DNA from: an uncultured Candidatus Saccharibacteria bacterium
GTDB lineage: Bacteria; Patescibacteriota; Minisyncoccia; Phycocordibacterales; UBA9973
Length of the DNA stretch: 64,000 bases
Reading direction: 5' to 3'
Assembly: GCA_964505155.1 (NCBI GenBank)
Contig: CAZDGL010000004.1
Coordinates: 4,110 to 68,109, forward strand
Shown one piece after another: positions 37,341-46,617 of the stretch (position 1 is the stretch's first letter; each line of letters starts with the position of its first letter). Below the pieces are notes generated by a model. That model ran no database searches. It worked only from the letters and a program-made list of their open reading frames with translations, and was not told where the DNA came from. Both the position numbers and the translations under genes were made by a program.

Positions 37341-37775
37341 ATGTTAATCGGTGAATACAAACATACAATAGACGAAAAAAATCGAATGTCTTTTCCTATA
37401 AAGTTTCGCAAGGAAATGGGTAAAAGCGTTATCGTTACCCCGGGACTAGATAAGTGTTTGTTTATATTTACGACAAAAGAGTGGGCACGCATTTCTAGTA
37501 AGCTTGCGGAGAGTTCTATGCTCTCTGCTGACAACCGTAGTTTCAATAGATATCTCTTGGGAGGAGCGACAGAGGTCGGTGTAGATCCACAAGGGCGCAT
37601 CCTTATACCAGACTTTCTTAAAGACAGGGCAGGTTTGGGGGGTAAGGTCGCCATTGTGGGTGTACACACTCGAGTCGAACTCTGGGACGAAAAGTCTTGG
37701 GATATTTATAAGAAAGGAGTTGAAGCCAAAGCTGATGAGCTAGCTGAAAAACTCGGAAATGTAGGTGTACTCTAA
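37341..37775 (+). CDS. mraZ: Transcriptional regulator MraZ
   Basis: GEYKHTIDEKNR, DPQGRILIP, RVELWD. Confidence 0.96.
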   Translation: MLIGEYKHTIDEKNRMSFPIKFRKEMGKSVIVTPGLDKCLFIFTTKEWARISSKLAESSMLSADNRSFNRYLLGGATEVGVDPQGRILIPDFLKDRAGLGGKVAIVGVHTRVELWDEKSWDIYKKGVEAKADELAEKLGNVGVL

Positions 37776-38659
37776 TGGAACAAAAAAACTCACATGTCCC
37801 TGTACTTTTACATGAATCAATAACTGCGCTTGATCTGCACGAAGGTGAAGTGGTAGTGGACGGAACATTTGGTGGTGGAGGACACTCCAGAGCTATTTGG
37901 GAAGGCTTTAAGAGCAAAGGCACTCTTGTTTGTGTAGATTTAGATGAACAAGCCAAAGAAAGGTTTGAAAAATCTTTCTCCGACACCTCGGCTATCTTTG
38001 TACAAGACAACTACAAAAATGCCAAAGCAATCTTACAAAAAGCTGGTGTACAAAAAGTCGACAAAGTTTTACTTGATATCGGGACTAGTTCCTTTCAACT
38101 CGATGGCGACACTAGAGGATTTTCATTTCTAAGTGATGCGCCACTTCGGATGACTCTTTCTGAGGCTGGTTCTCACACAGGTTTCAATGCTTATGACATA
38201 GTCAACCAGTGGAGCGAGTCTTCTATAGCTGACATTATTTTTTATTATGGAGAGGAACCTTTTGCTCGAAAGATAGCCAAAGAAATAGTCGCAAGAAGAG
38301 AGATTGCTCCTATAAAAACATCCAAAGAACTAGGGGAGATTATCGCTTCAAAGATAAAAAGGAAAGGAAGACTCCATCCAGCCACCAAAACCTTTCAAGC
38401 TCTTCGTATAGCAGTTAATGATGAACTCAATGTTTTAAAAGAAGCCCTTGGCGCATGGTGGCAAGAACTCTCGCCCCAAGGTCGTCTGGCAGTTATATCC
38501 TTCCATAGTTTGGAAGACAGGATCGTTAAAAAGTGGATGAACGATTTGGAAGATACAAAACGCGTTATCACCAAAAAACCTATCGTACCCACAGAAGAAG
38601 AAACAAAATCAAACCCTCGCTCTAGAAGTGCCAAACTAAGAATTATAGAAAAACCATGA
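37775..38659 (+). CDS. rsmH: 16S rRNA m4C1402 methyltransferase RsmH
   Basis: HVPVLL, DGTFGGGGHS, FQALRIAVNDEL, SFHSLEDRIVK, NPRSRSAKLR. Confidence 0.97.
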   Translation: MEQKNSHVPVLLHESITALDLHEGEVVVDGTFGGGGHSRAIWEGFKSKGTLVCVDLDEQAKERFEKSFSDTSAIFVQDNYKNAKAILQKAGVQKVDKVLLDIGTSSFQLDGDTRGFSFLSDAPLRMTLSEAGSHTGFNAYDIVNQWSESSIADIIFYYGEEPFARKIAKEIVARREIAPIKTSKELGEIIASKIKRKGRLHPATKTFQALRIAVNDELNVLKEALGAWWQELSPQGRLAVISFHSLEDRIVKKWMNDLEDTKRVITKKPIVPTEEETKSNPRSRSAKLRIIEKP

Positions 38660-38988
38660 TAAACAAAATGAAAAATAAAATAGCTTCAATAGGAGAATAC
38701 AAAAGCCTACTCCAAAGGTCTACAAAATACTGTTTTTTGGCAAGCGGAGTACTTTTTGTTGGATATTTGTATGTTGTCGGAGCTATAACTTTTTCTGTTG
38801 TTGAGCGTAAGGGTTTAGAAGAATCTACCAAAACCTTGCTCTCAGATATAAGTAGAGAAGAGTTGAAATATCTTTCAAAAGAGAAAGAGCTAACAAAGGA
38901 TTTGGCTTTTCAAGAAGGGTTTATACCAGCTTCTTCTATAGCTTTTACCTTTGCTAAAAGAGCAGTTGCTTGGAATGCAGGACGCTAA
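38656..38988 (+). CDS. Single-TM coiled-coil protein at the FtsL position
   Basis: Located between rsmH and ftsI; TM followed by coiled coil. Confidence 0.6.
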   Translation: MINKMKNKIASIGEYKSLLQRSTKYCFLASGVLFVGYLYVVGAITFSVVERKGLEESTKTLLSDISREELKYLSKEKELTKDLAFQEGFIPASSIAFTFAKRAVAWNAGR

Positions 38989-40687
38989 AATACATCGCAG
39001 AAGAATAAGAGTAATGATGGGGCTTATAATTTTTCTAGGCCTTTTTGTTGTTGGGAGGCTGTTTGTTTTGCAAATCGTAAACCAAAAATCTTTCAAAGAA
39101 AGAGCCGAGAGGCAGTACCTAACTCCTGTTAGCGAAAGCTTTGATAGAGGAACTATTTATTTTAGTAAAAAAGACGGTACCACTATGGCAGCTGCCACTG
39201 TCTCTAGTGGATTTAAGGTGGCGATAGAACCAGATAAGTTAAAAGACATAGAGCAAACTTATTTGGCGATAAACTCTATAGCACCTATAGAAAAAGAATC
39301 TTTTGTAGCTAAAGCCAACAAAAAATCCGACCCTTATGAAGAAGTCGCCCTCAAACTAACCCAAGATCAGGCTGACCAAATAATAAAAGAAAAGTTACCC
39401 GGTGTAAGTCTATATCGACAAAAATGGAGATTTTATCCAGGGGGAGAGCTGGCTTCAAAGGCTATCGGCTTTGTTTCTTATAAAGAAAATGAGCTTCTGG
39501 GTCGTTACGGCCTAGAGCGTTACTACAATGATGTTTTATCGCGCGGAGAAAATAACTTTTATATAAACTTTTTTGCTGAGATTTTCACCAACATCCAGTC
39601 AACTCTTTTTAAAAACAAAACAGCTACGGGCGATATCGTTACTACCATAGAGCCAACAGTACAGTTACAGCTTGAAAATTTGATTTCTAAAATCGATCAA
39701 AAATGGGGTAGTGATGCTGTCGGTGGGCTCATCATGGACCCCAATACTGGGGAAATAATAGCGATGGCGCACGTGCCTACGTTTGACCTCAACGAATTTG
39801 GAAAAGAAACAAATGTCTCTGTTTATGGCAACCCATTTTCTCAAGACGTTTATGAGATGGGATCTATCGTTAAGCCTTTGGTCATGGCTGGTGCTCTTGA
39901 TGCCGATGTTGTAAAACCAGAAACAACCTATGTAGACAATGCTGGTTTTGTAAAAGTTCAAGATAGAACGTTTTATAACTTTGACAAGAAGGGTCGCGGT
40001 AAGGCTACAATGCAAGATGTTCTCAATCAGTCTTTAAACACAGGGATGGTTTTTGTACAACAAAAAATGGGCAAGGGAACATTTAGAAACTATCTACTTG
40101 ACCGCTATAAGCTAGGCGAAAAAACAGGAGTAGACCTCCCCGGAGAAGCCAGCGGTCTTGTCGGCGGGCTTAAAACTCCAAACGATGTGAACTATGCCGC
40201 AGCTTCTTTTGGTCAGGGTATAGCCACTTCACCTCTTGCTATTGTTCGGGCTTATGGCGCTCTTGCCAACGGTGGACATCTCGTGACTCCACACTTAGCC
40301 AAAGAAATAAAACAAGAAAATGGTCTTACAAAAACTCTCAAGTTCCCAGTAGGAGAGCCTATACTTTCGACAGAATCAACCAAGACTATTACAAATATGC
40401 TTGTGACTGTAGTAGACAAAGGCTACCAAAGAGGCTTGCCACACTATAGTGTCGCTGCCAAAACAGGTACTGCTCAAATGGCTAGACCAGATGGCTCAGG
40501 GTACTATGACGATCGCAACTTCCACTCTTTGATAGGCTATTTCCCAGCTTATGAGCCTAGATTTGTGCTTTATTTGTTCAACAATTTCCCTAAAGGAGCA
40601 TCTTTCTCATCTCAAACCCTTGCTGATCCCTTTTTCGAAATGGTACAATTCCTAACGAGTTATTATGAATTAACGCCGGATCGTTAG
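38975..40687 (+). CDS. ftsI: Class B penicillin-binding protein FtsI/PBP3
   Basis: RGTIY, EMGSIVK, SLN, KTGTAQ; dcw position. Confidence 0.88.
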   Translation: MQDAKIHRRRIRVMMGLIIFLGLFVVGRLFVLQIVNQKSFKERAERQYLTPVSESFDRGTIYFSKKDGTTMAAATVSSGFKVAIEPDKLKDIEQTYLAINSIAPIEKESFVAKANKKSDPYEEVALKLTQDQADQIIKEKLPGVSLYRQKWRFYPGGELASKAIGFVSYKENELLGRYGLERYYNDVLSRGENNFYINFFAEIFTNIQSTLFKNKTATGDIVTTIEPTVQLQLENLISKIDQKWGSDAVGGLIMDPNTGEIIAMAHVPTFDLNEFGKETNVSVYGNPFSQDVYEMGSIVKPLVMAGALDADVVKPETTYVDNAGFVKVQDRTFYNFDKKGRGKATMQDVLNQSLNTGMVFVQQKMGKGTFRNYLLDRYKLGEKTGVDLPGEASGLVGGLKTPNDVNYAAASFGQGIATSPLAIVRAYGALANGGHLVTPHLAKEIKQENGLTKTLKFPVGEPILSTESTKTITNMLVTVVDKGYQRGLPHYSVAAKTGTAQMARPDGSGYYDDRNFHSLIGYFPAYEPRFVLYLFNNFPKGASFSSQTLADPFFEMVQFLTSYYELTPDR

Positions 40688-40714
40688 ACCCCTGGCAAAT
40701 TATTGTTAAATATT

Positions 40715-41413
40715 ATGGAATTTACATTTTCGATTAGAAAAACATTACGAGAGTCTTGGGAGCTTTTTAAAAAACATGCTTGGTTTTTTGTTGGGCTTGC
40801 TGCTGTTAACGTGATTTTGAATTTTAGTGGTAACGGCAAACACACTCCGCTTGTTATTTCTATCATCTTGTTGATAGCTACTTTGATTTGGTCAATAGTT
40901 ATGATGAAGATTTCTCTTTTTGCCGCTGATGGTAGAGAGGATATGTTTCATTTTTCCAAAATCCAAAGCATGCTCCCTTCTTGGCGACAGGCTGTTGGTA
41001 TTGTCGGCGTAGGTATACTCTCTGGACTGCTATTTTTAGGAGGTCTTATACTTTTGATTATTCCAGGTATCTGGATTGCCTTTCGTTTGAGCATATCAAA
41101 CCTAGCTTACCTTGATAAAGGTGAGGGAGTTCGAAAATCTCTCAGAACTTCTTGGGAGCTAACCAAAGGCAATTCTTTTTGGACTGTTGTTTTGGTAGCT
41201 ATTGTTAGTATGCTACTTTATTTGGTGGGTATTATTCTCTTTGGTGTTGGTATCTTGGTAACTTATCCACTGGCTATGATATTTATGGCTAAGTTTTATC
41301 GAGCATTGACTCTTCACCATGCTGGCCTTGCTCCGGTAACTCCTCCCGCTGTTCAACCAGCTGAAATCCCAGCTCACACAGAGCCATCACCTGAACATCA
41401 TCACGAAAGTTAG
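40715..41413 (+). CDS. Hypothetical integral membrane protein
   Basis: GLILLIIPGIW, SLRTSWELTKG; multiple TM. Confidence 0.75.
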   Translation: MEFTFSIRKTLRESWELFKKHAWFFVGLAAVNVILNFSGNGKHTPLVISIILLIATLIWSIVMMKISLFAADGREDMFHFSKIQSMLPSWRQAVGIVGVGILSGLLFLGGLILLIIPGIWIAFRLSISNLAYLDKGEGVRKSLRTSWELTKGNSFWTVVLVAIVSMLLYLVGIILFGVGILVTYPLAMIFMAKFYRALTLHHAGLAPVTPPAVQPAEIPAHTEPSPEHHHES

Positions 41414-41430
41414 ATTTTGAACCATTAAAT

Positions 41431-41470
41431 AAAAGTCAAAACCCTCTATTTTGAGAGGGTTTTGACTTTT
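41431..41470 (+). terminator. Intrinsic terminator overlapping the next gene's -35 box
   Basis: AAAAGTCAAAACCCTCT...GAGAGGGTTTTGACTTTT. Confidence 0.8.
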
Positions 41471-41508
41471 ACTATATTTTATTGTAATGTTTCAAAAAAC
41501 ATTTAACA

Positions 41509-42156
41509 ATGAAATATAAAAACTTAATTAAAAGCCTTGCCAGGAGAAATCCTGTTGTAATTCTTATTGGTCAATCTGGTGGTGGTAAGAACACACTAGC
41601 TAAACCATTAATTGATAGTAAGTTATTTTTTTATTCAGAAACAGGAGGATTGTTTAGAGAGAACATTCCAAATCTTACTGAAAAAAATAAAGGTATTTTA
41701 AAAAAGATTAATGATTCTGGTTCCAGACAGTCTTGGACAATCGCAACAGCTCTATGGGTCAAAAATTTTTTGTTTTCCTATGAGAGTGGGCCTATATTAA
41801 TTGATGGCTCTCCTCGTAGCAAAGGAGAAGCAAGAGCAATTATTGATTTCTTTGGAGATGGCTACCTCAAAAGGGAGATTATCTTATTTCATTTAGTTGT
41901 AAGCGATGCTGTAGCTGAACAAAGAATGATAAATAGAAACAAGGAAATTAAGAAAGCCGGCGGTACTTTAAGAAAGGATACAGCAACAAAAAAATCACGT
42001 CTGAAAAAACTCGCTTTTTTTCATACTGATGTTTTGCCGTCCATCAAGTATATGAAAAATAAAGGTGTGCCGGTATACAACATAAACTGTGAGGCTTCTA
42101 TAGAACAGGTCAGGGAACAATTCTTTTTGTTTGTACAAAAGCACTTAGAAAAGTAG
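41509..42156 (+). CDS. Adenylate kinase-like nucleoside monophosphate kinase
   Basis: GQSGGGKNT, TGGLFR, IDGSPR, RKDT...RL. Confidence 0.8.
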   Translation: MKYKNLIKSLARRNPVVILIGQSGGGKNTLAKPLIDSKLFFYSETGGLFRENIPNLTEKNKGILKKINDSGSRQSWTIATALWVKNFLFSYESGPILIDGSPRSKGEARAIIDFFGDGYLKREIILFHLVVSDAVAEQRMINRNKEIKKAGGTLRKDTATKKSRLKKLAFFHTDVLPSIKYMKNKGVPVYNINCEASIEQVREQFFLFVQKHLEK

Positions 42157-42229
42157 TAGTAAATCCGCTATAATGGCGGATTTTTTCTTGAAATTTATTT
42201 AAAATATATGTATAGTAGTATCTCTAAAT

Positions 42230-42301
42230 GGCCCTATCGTCTATCGGTTAGGACACATCCTTCTCAAGGATGGAAGCGGAGTTCGATTCTCCGTAGGGTC
42301 A
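42230..42301 (+). tRNA. tRNA-Glu (anticodon CTC)
   Basis: Acceptor GGCCCTA/TAGGGTC+A, anticodon arm CATCC-TT-CTC-AA-GGATG, T-arm CGGAG-TTCGATT-CTCCG; CCA not encoded. Confidence 0.96.
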
Positions 42302-42446
42302 CCGCAACAAAAAAGACTGAACTGCTTCAGTCTTTTTTGCATTGCGGTGAAGCCGCAGGTCATGTCTTTAGGCAGACCGAGGCGGGGTCGCGAACACTTA
42401 GCAGAATGTGAGTCTTGCGAAACATTATGCTTAGTGATTTGTGACC
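42299..42446 (+). other. GC-rich structured element downstream of tRNA-Glu (two long hairpins)
   Basis: Hairpin 42299-42350 and nested hairpin 42386-42446 with G-T wobble pairs. Confidence 0.55.
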
Positions 42447-42508
42447 ACAAAAACAAAAAACCTCTCACAAAAAGTGAAAGGTTTAAAAAAGTTTTTAGCT
42501 CAATTAAT

Positions 42509-42883
42509 TTACTTAATAAGCATATGATGAAATCTGTTTTTGTCTTGCAGGCGTAGTGCAATCTCAACTTCTTCGTCTTCTTTTTCAATAAGATTCCAAA
42601 CTTCAGTAATTTTTTTGATGTCGTCAGGGAATTCATCTTCCCATCTCTTCCAAAGGCTGTTAGAGATAGATATTATCTCTTTCACCGCTTTGATTTCGAT
42701 GTTGTTTAGGATAAATTTCCCCCATGCATCACGAATCTGGTATCCTGTCTCTATTTCTTTAAATTCCCAGGGGAGTTTATGGACTTGGATCATAGCTGCG
42801 ATGACAACAACTAAGTATTGAGATAGTTCTGAGGACTGTTTTGTGCTTAACGAGGCAATAACAGTATGTTTTTCTTTATTCAT
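42509..42883 (-). CDS. Hypothetical protein (ORFan)
   Basis: 124-aa ORF whose ATG lies inside the duplicated promoter module. Confidence 0.65.
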   Translation of the reverse strand: MNKEKHTVIASLSTKQSSELSQYLVVVIAAMIQVHKLPWEFKEIETGYQIRDAWGKFILNNIEIKAVKEIISISNSLWKRWEDEFPDDIKKITEVWNLIEKEDEEVEIALRLQDKNRFHHMLIK

Positions 42884-43449
42884 ATTTTAAATTTTTCTTT
42901 ACTCTACCACCTCATGAATATTAGTCAATATAGGGTTCCAAAAATCACAACAAAGGATTAAAAAAGGCTTCGTTACTGTTCATAACGAAGCCTAAAATTA
43001 GATCAATTCAATTTTCTTAAAAACAATATTCCTCTTACTAAAAAGTATGTAATTAAGATTGCCGGGAAAATATATACAATAAAGAAATACCATTCATATC
43101 TAGGCCAGATATCTTTATTCAAATAAGAAATTAAGAAAGGCTTAGTTGTGGACATTGTTGCAAAAATACTTATGGCAATAGTTCCTAACATTGAGGAAAC
43201 TAGCAACACCATCCCGACATCTTCACCTACTTTTTCACTTATATCCTTTAGGAGAATGCCTGGATAATTGGAGCACCACCAAATACATGATATAAAAAAT
43301 GATATTCCAGCAAAGGCAATTGAAAACACGGAGCTATTTAGTAGAAAAGAAATTATTGAAAAGATCAGAGATAATCCAATCATGCGAAACTGATAAGTTT
43401 TCATATTTTAAATTTTTCTTTACTCTACCACCTCATGAGCATTAGTCAA
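42879..43449 (-). repeat. 50-bp direct repeat (promoter + leader + ATG) in front of two unrelated ORFans
   Basis: 42879-42928 vs 43400-43449, 48/50 identical; minus strand reads TTGACT-17-TAGAGT...AAAATATGAA. Confidence 0.92.
43003..43404 (-). CDS. Hypothetical 4-TM membrane protein (ORFan)
   Basis: Hydrophobic ORF with a terminator at about 42963-42994. Confidence 0.65.
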   Translation of the reverse strand: MKTYQFRMIGLSLIFSIISFLLNSSVFSIAFAGISFFISCIWWCSNYPGILLKDISEKVGEDVGMVLLVSSMLGTIAISIFATMSTTKPFLISYLNKDIWPRYEWYFFIVYIFPAILITYFLVRGILFLRKLN

Positions 43450-43489
43450 CAAAACCACACAAAGCTCTTTGGTGCTATACTTCATCTAT

Positions 43490-43972
43490 ATGAAAAAACG
43501 ATATTTGGTTATTTTCGCTCTTGTAGCATTTGCTCTTATATTTTGGGGACTGACCCGTGGCATTTCCAAGGCTCCAGTTTTGGAAAATCCAAACACTGAC
43601 TCACTAGCCCCAGAGGTTTTGCCAGCTCAAAAAGAAGGCAAGATAGTGGTTTCTTCGCCACTGCCAGAGTCGACAGTCTCTGCTTCTCCAATAGTTATAA
43701 AAGGTAAGGCAGTAGGCAACTGGTTTTTTGAAGCGACAGCGCCGGTAGATGTGGTCAATTGGGACGGGCTTATTATAGGGCAGGGTTATATCAAGGTAAA
43801 TGACGGCTATGACTGGATGACGACAGAGATGGTGCCTTTTACTGGAACTATTTCTTATGATGCTAGTCAGTTGGGGCCTTATAAATACGGCTGGATAATA
43901 ATGCGCAAAGACAATCCAAGCGGGGAGCCACAGTTTGACGATGCGTTAGAGTTTAAGATACTATTTCCTTAA
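43490..43972 (+). CDS. Gmad2 immunoglobulin-like domain protein
   Basis: N-terminal TM; IVVSSP...GKAVGNWFFEA, WMTTEMVPF, KDNPSG. Confidence 0.8.
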   Translation: MKKRYLVIFALVAFALIFWGLTRGISKAPVLENPNTDSLAPEVLPAQKEGKIVVSSPLPESTVSASPIVIKGKAVGNWFFEATAPVDVVNWDGLIIGQGYIKVNDGYDWMTTEMVPFTGTISYDASQLGPYKYGWIIMRKDNPSGEPQFDDALEFKILFP

Positions 43973-43976
43973 TACT

Positions 43977-44720
43977 ATGACCAAAAAACAAATCACTATT
44001 TTTATAATCTCGCTTTTGATACTTGGAGTCTTTGTTGCTATTGGTTTTAAAAAAAGTGAACAAGCACCAGCTCTTCCACTAGAGCCAAGAAACCAAATAG
44101 ACAACCCAGCTATAGAGGTAGACAGTGTTTCTATCTCTGACAAAAATCAGTACTACGAAATCTCAGCCAAATATCCTAAAGTCAAAAGTGAATCTATCTC
44201 ACAATACTTCAAAAGCTACGTAGAAGACCAGATAGTGCAGTTCAAAGAAGATACTAAATGGGTAGAGGAGCTAGGTGGATCACCAAACGGAGCTTCTGTA
44301 ACTCTCAGTATTGATTACAAAAATGTTTCTTCACAAAAGATCCAAAACTATATCTTCCAATCCTATTCATATACTGGTGGAGCACATGGAATGGCTGTTC
44401 GTAAAACTTACAACTTCAACAATCAAGGTCAACTCCTAACCATTTCAAATCTTTTTGAAAATGGGCTAGATGGACTGGGTGCTTTTGCCAAGCTAGTGCA
44501 AGCTGAGCTTTTGAAAAGAGAAAATGCTCAAGCAGACTGGATAACAGATGGTGCTGGACCAAAACAAGAAAACTACCAAGCTTTTGTGGTGACTGATACT
44601 GGTGTGATAGTACTCTTTGATCAATACCAAGTCGCGCCATACTCAGACGGACAGATAGATATCACTATACCTTTTGAAGCTTTCAAAACTTTTGCCAACA
44701 AAGATATTGTTAATCAATAG
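43977..44720 (+). CDS. DUF3298/DUF4163 (RsiV/PdaC-like) protein
   Basis: YSYTGGAHG, FDQYQVAPYSDG. Confidence 0.85.
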   Translation: MTKKQITIFIISLLILGVFVAIGFKKSEQAPALPLEPRNQIDNPAIEVDSVSISDKNQYYEISAKYPKVKSESISQYFKSYVEDQIVQFKEDTKWVEELGGSPNGASVTLSIDYKNVSSQKIQNYIFQSYSYTGGAHGMAVRKTYNFNNQGQLLTISNLFENGLDGLGAFAKLVQAELLKRENAQADWITDGAGPKQENYQAFVVTDTGVIVLFDQYQVAPYSDGQIDITIPFEAFKTFANKDIVNQ

Positions 44721-45768
44721 ACTTCTCGATAGTGCTTTCTATAAGTAGTGGATCGATACCAGCACTTTCTCCTGAGATGCGCATTACATCCTTGTCTACC
44801 TTTTTGAGCTCTTTACCAGAGGCGTTGTAGTGGTTGGCGACTGTCTGAAGGGAAGTGCCGAGTTTGTTGTGATATTCCTCATAAGCTTTCAAGTGTTTGC
44901 CGAGCTCTTCGACACGCTTGATGATGTCTTTGGCGCTTTCTTCTATTTGCATAGCTCGTAGTCCTTGTAAGACAGTTTGAAGATATGCCAAGAAAGATGT
45001 CGGAGAGACAATGATAACCTTTTTTTCAAAAGCATATTGTACCAAGTCTTGAGTATTAACTTTGATACTACCAACTTCGGCAACTAGTAGATCATAATAA
45101 ATGGATTCATGTGGTATGAACATAAAGGCGAAGTCGAGAGTTTCTTCTGCTGGCTTGATATATTTAGATGTTTCGTCGATACGCTTTTTGATATCTTTTT
45201 TAAACTCGGCGATAAAAGGCTCAGGATCATTGCCACCTTTGTGTGCATCGATGATGCGGTTGTAGTTTTCTAGAGAAAACTTGGAATCTATAGGGATGAT
45301 CTTCTTGCCTACAAAGACAACAGCATCAGCAGTGTCACCGTTTTTAAATTGATACTGTACTTGAAATGTTTTTGGAGGCAATACTTTTGACAGTATAGTT
45401 TCCAAATAATATTCACCCAAGATAGTGCCACGTTGTTTTGGATTTTTCAAAATGTCTTGGAGCTGGGCCAAACTCTCAGTAAAGCCGAGGACTTGTTTGT
45501 TGCCTTCATCGAGGCGAGTGAGGCGCTCAGTGATGTCGGAAATGATTTTATTGCTCTGGGTGCTTTGAAACTGCAAGCTCTCGCGCATGCTTTTTTCGTT
45601 TTCGCCGAGTTTGTGATCGACAGTCTTTTGGAGCTCGCTCATTTGCTGGAGTAGGAGAGTGAGGCTGGTACTTTGGTCAGTATTAGAAGAATCCTTTTTT
45701 TTGGCTAGTAAAATATAAGCCACAAAAGCCCCGATAGCTACTCCAATGATGCTGTAAGTAAATTGCAT
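44710..45768 (-). CDS. rmuC: DNA recombination protein RmuC
   Basis: NPKQRG, IDSKF, DFAFMFIPHE, VSPTS. Confidence 0.92.
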   Translation of the reverse strand: MQFTYSIIGVAIGAFVAYILLAKKKDSSNTDQSTSLTLLLQQMSELQKTVDHKLGENEKSMRESLQFQSTQSNKIISDITERLTRLDEGNKQVLGFTESLAQLQDILKNPKQRGTILGEYYLETILSKVLPPKTFQVQYQFKNGDTADAVVFVGKKIIPIDSKFSLENYNRIIDAHKGGNDPEPFIAEFKKDIKKRIDETSKYIKPAEETLDFAFMFIPHESIYYDLLVAEVGSIKVNTQDLVQYAFEKKVIIVSPTSFLAYLQTVLQGLRAMQIEESAKDIIKRVEELGKHLKAYEEYHNKLGTSLQTVANHYNASGKELKKVDKDVMRISGESAGIDPLLIESTIEKSID

Positions 45769-45789
45769 ATTTATTATTGTAACATGAGC

Positions 45790-46509
45790 TTATTTGGTGA
45801 GATATTTCTGCAAAGTAAAAATCCAGTCTTCTTCACCTATAGGGTTTTTGAGTTTTTCAGAAAGTAGCCATGAGAGGTATCCAGGGTCTATTTTGGCGAC
45901 TTCTTCGACACGCATGCCTTTGTGCTTGCCAAAAGAGAACTCTCGCATAAAAGCCGGCTCTTTGGTTACGTTCATCATTTCTTCGAGGGCTTCGTCTTCA
46001 TTTTTACCAGTAGATTTTATTTTCTCAAGTAAGTATTCAAATAGTTTTTCTAGGACTATCACATCTGCCATAGCATCATGCGCGCCGACGTCGAGCTCCA
46101 TATCGAGAGCATAGCGGAGGTATTGGAGTTTGTAGTTGGTAAATTGTGTTTCAACATCTATGTGACGCACTGTTTTGTAAGTACAGATGACGTTGGTCGG
46201 ATGGATACCTTCAGCAGTAAGCATAGTGACATCAAAGGCGCTATTGTGAGCCACAACTATAGTCTCAGGATTTTCAAATAGAGCTTTTATTTCCAAATAC
46301 TTCGGATGCTCTTGAAAAGCGGGCTTGTTGGCAACCATATGATTGGATATATGATGAACGGCACTAGACTCAAAAGGGATAGGGAAAGGAGGTTTGAAAA
46401 GTTCGTTGATAAGGGGAGTAGGGTTGCCACGCTCTTTTATAGCAAGCTGAACTATGCGGTCATCGTGAGTGTTGCCGGTGGTTTCTGTGTCGAAAAATAG
46501 TATTCTCAT
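45790..46509 (-). CDS. DEDDh 3'-5' exonuclease (ExoX-like) with C-terminal FGKHKG domain
   Basis: FDTETTG, AHNSAFD, AHDAMADV, FGKHKG...DPGYLSWL. Confidence 0.9.
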   Translation of the reverse strand: MRILFFDTETTGNTHDDRIVQLAIKERGNPTPLINELFKPPFPIPFESSAVHHISNHMVANKPAFQEHPKYLEIKALFENPETIVVAHNSAFDVTMLTAEGIHPTNVICTYKTVRHIDVETQFTNYKLQYLRYALDMELDVGAHDAMADVIVLEKLFEYLLEKIKSTGKNEDEALEEMMNVTKEPAFMREFSFGKHKGMRVEEVAKIDPGYLSWLLSEKLKNPIGEEDWIFTLQKYLTK

Positions 46510-46617
46510 AACTACAAGTATAGCATTTACTTAGAGGTTGGCATTTATAGATATTGACATTTAGCAAAGTAAGATGTATTTTATAAAAAATCTTTCACAA
46601 TAAAAAAGGAGGTAAAA

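Noticed and set aside
42208-42636. Track ORFs overlapping tRNA-Glu and its downstream hairpins
   Set aside because: The sequence is explained by the tRNA and structured non-coding DNA.
42931-42940. TAGGGTTCCA as an attR copy of the tRNA-Glu 3' end
   Set aside because: Only 6 nt of exact match and no integrase; likely chance.
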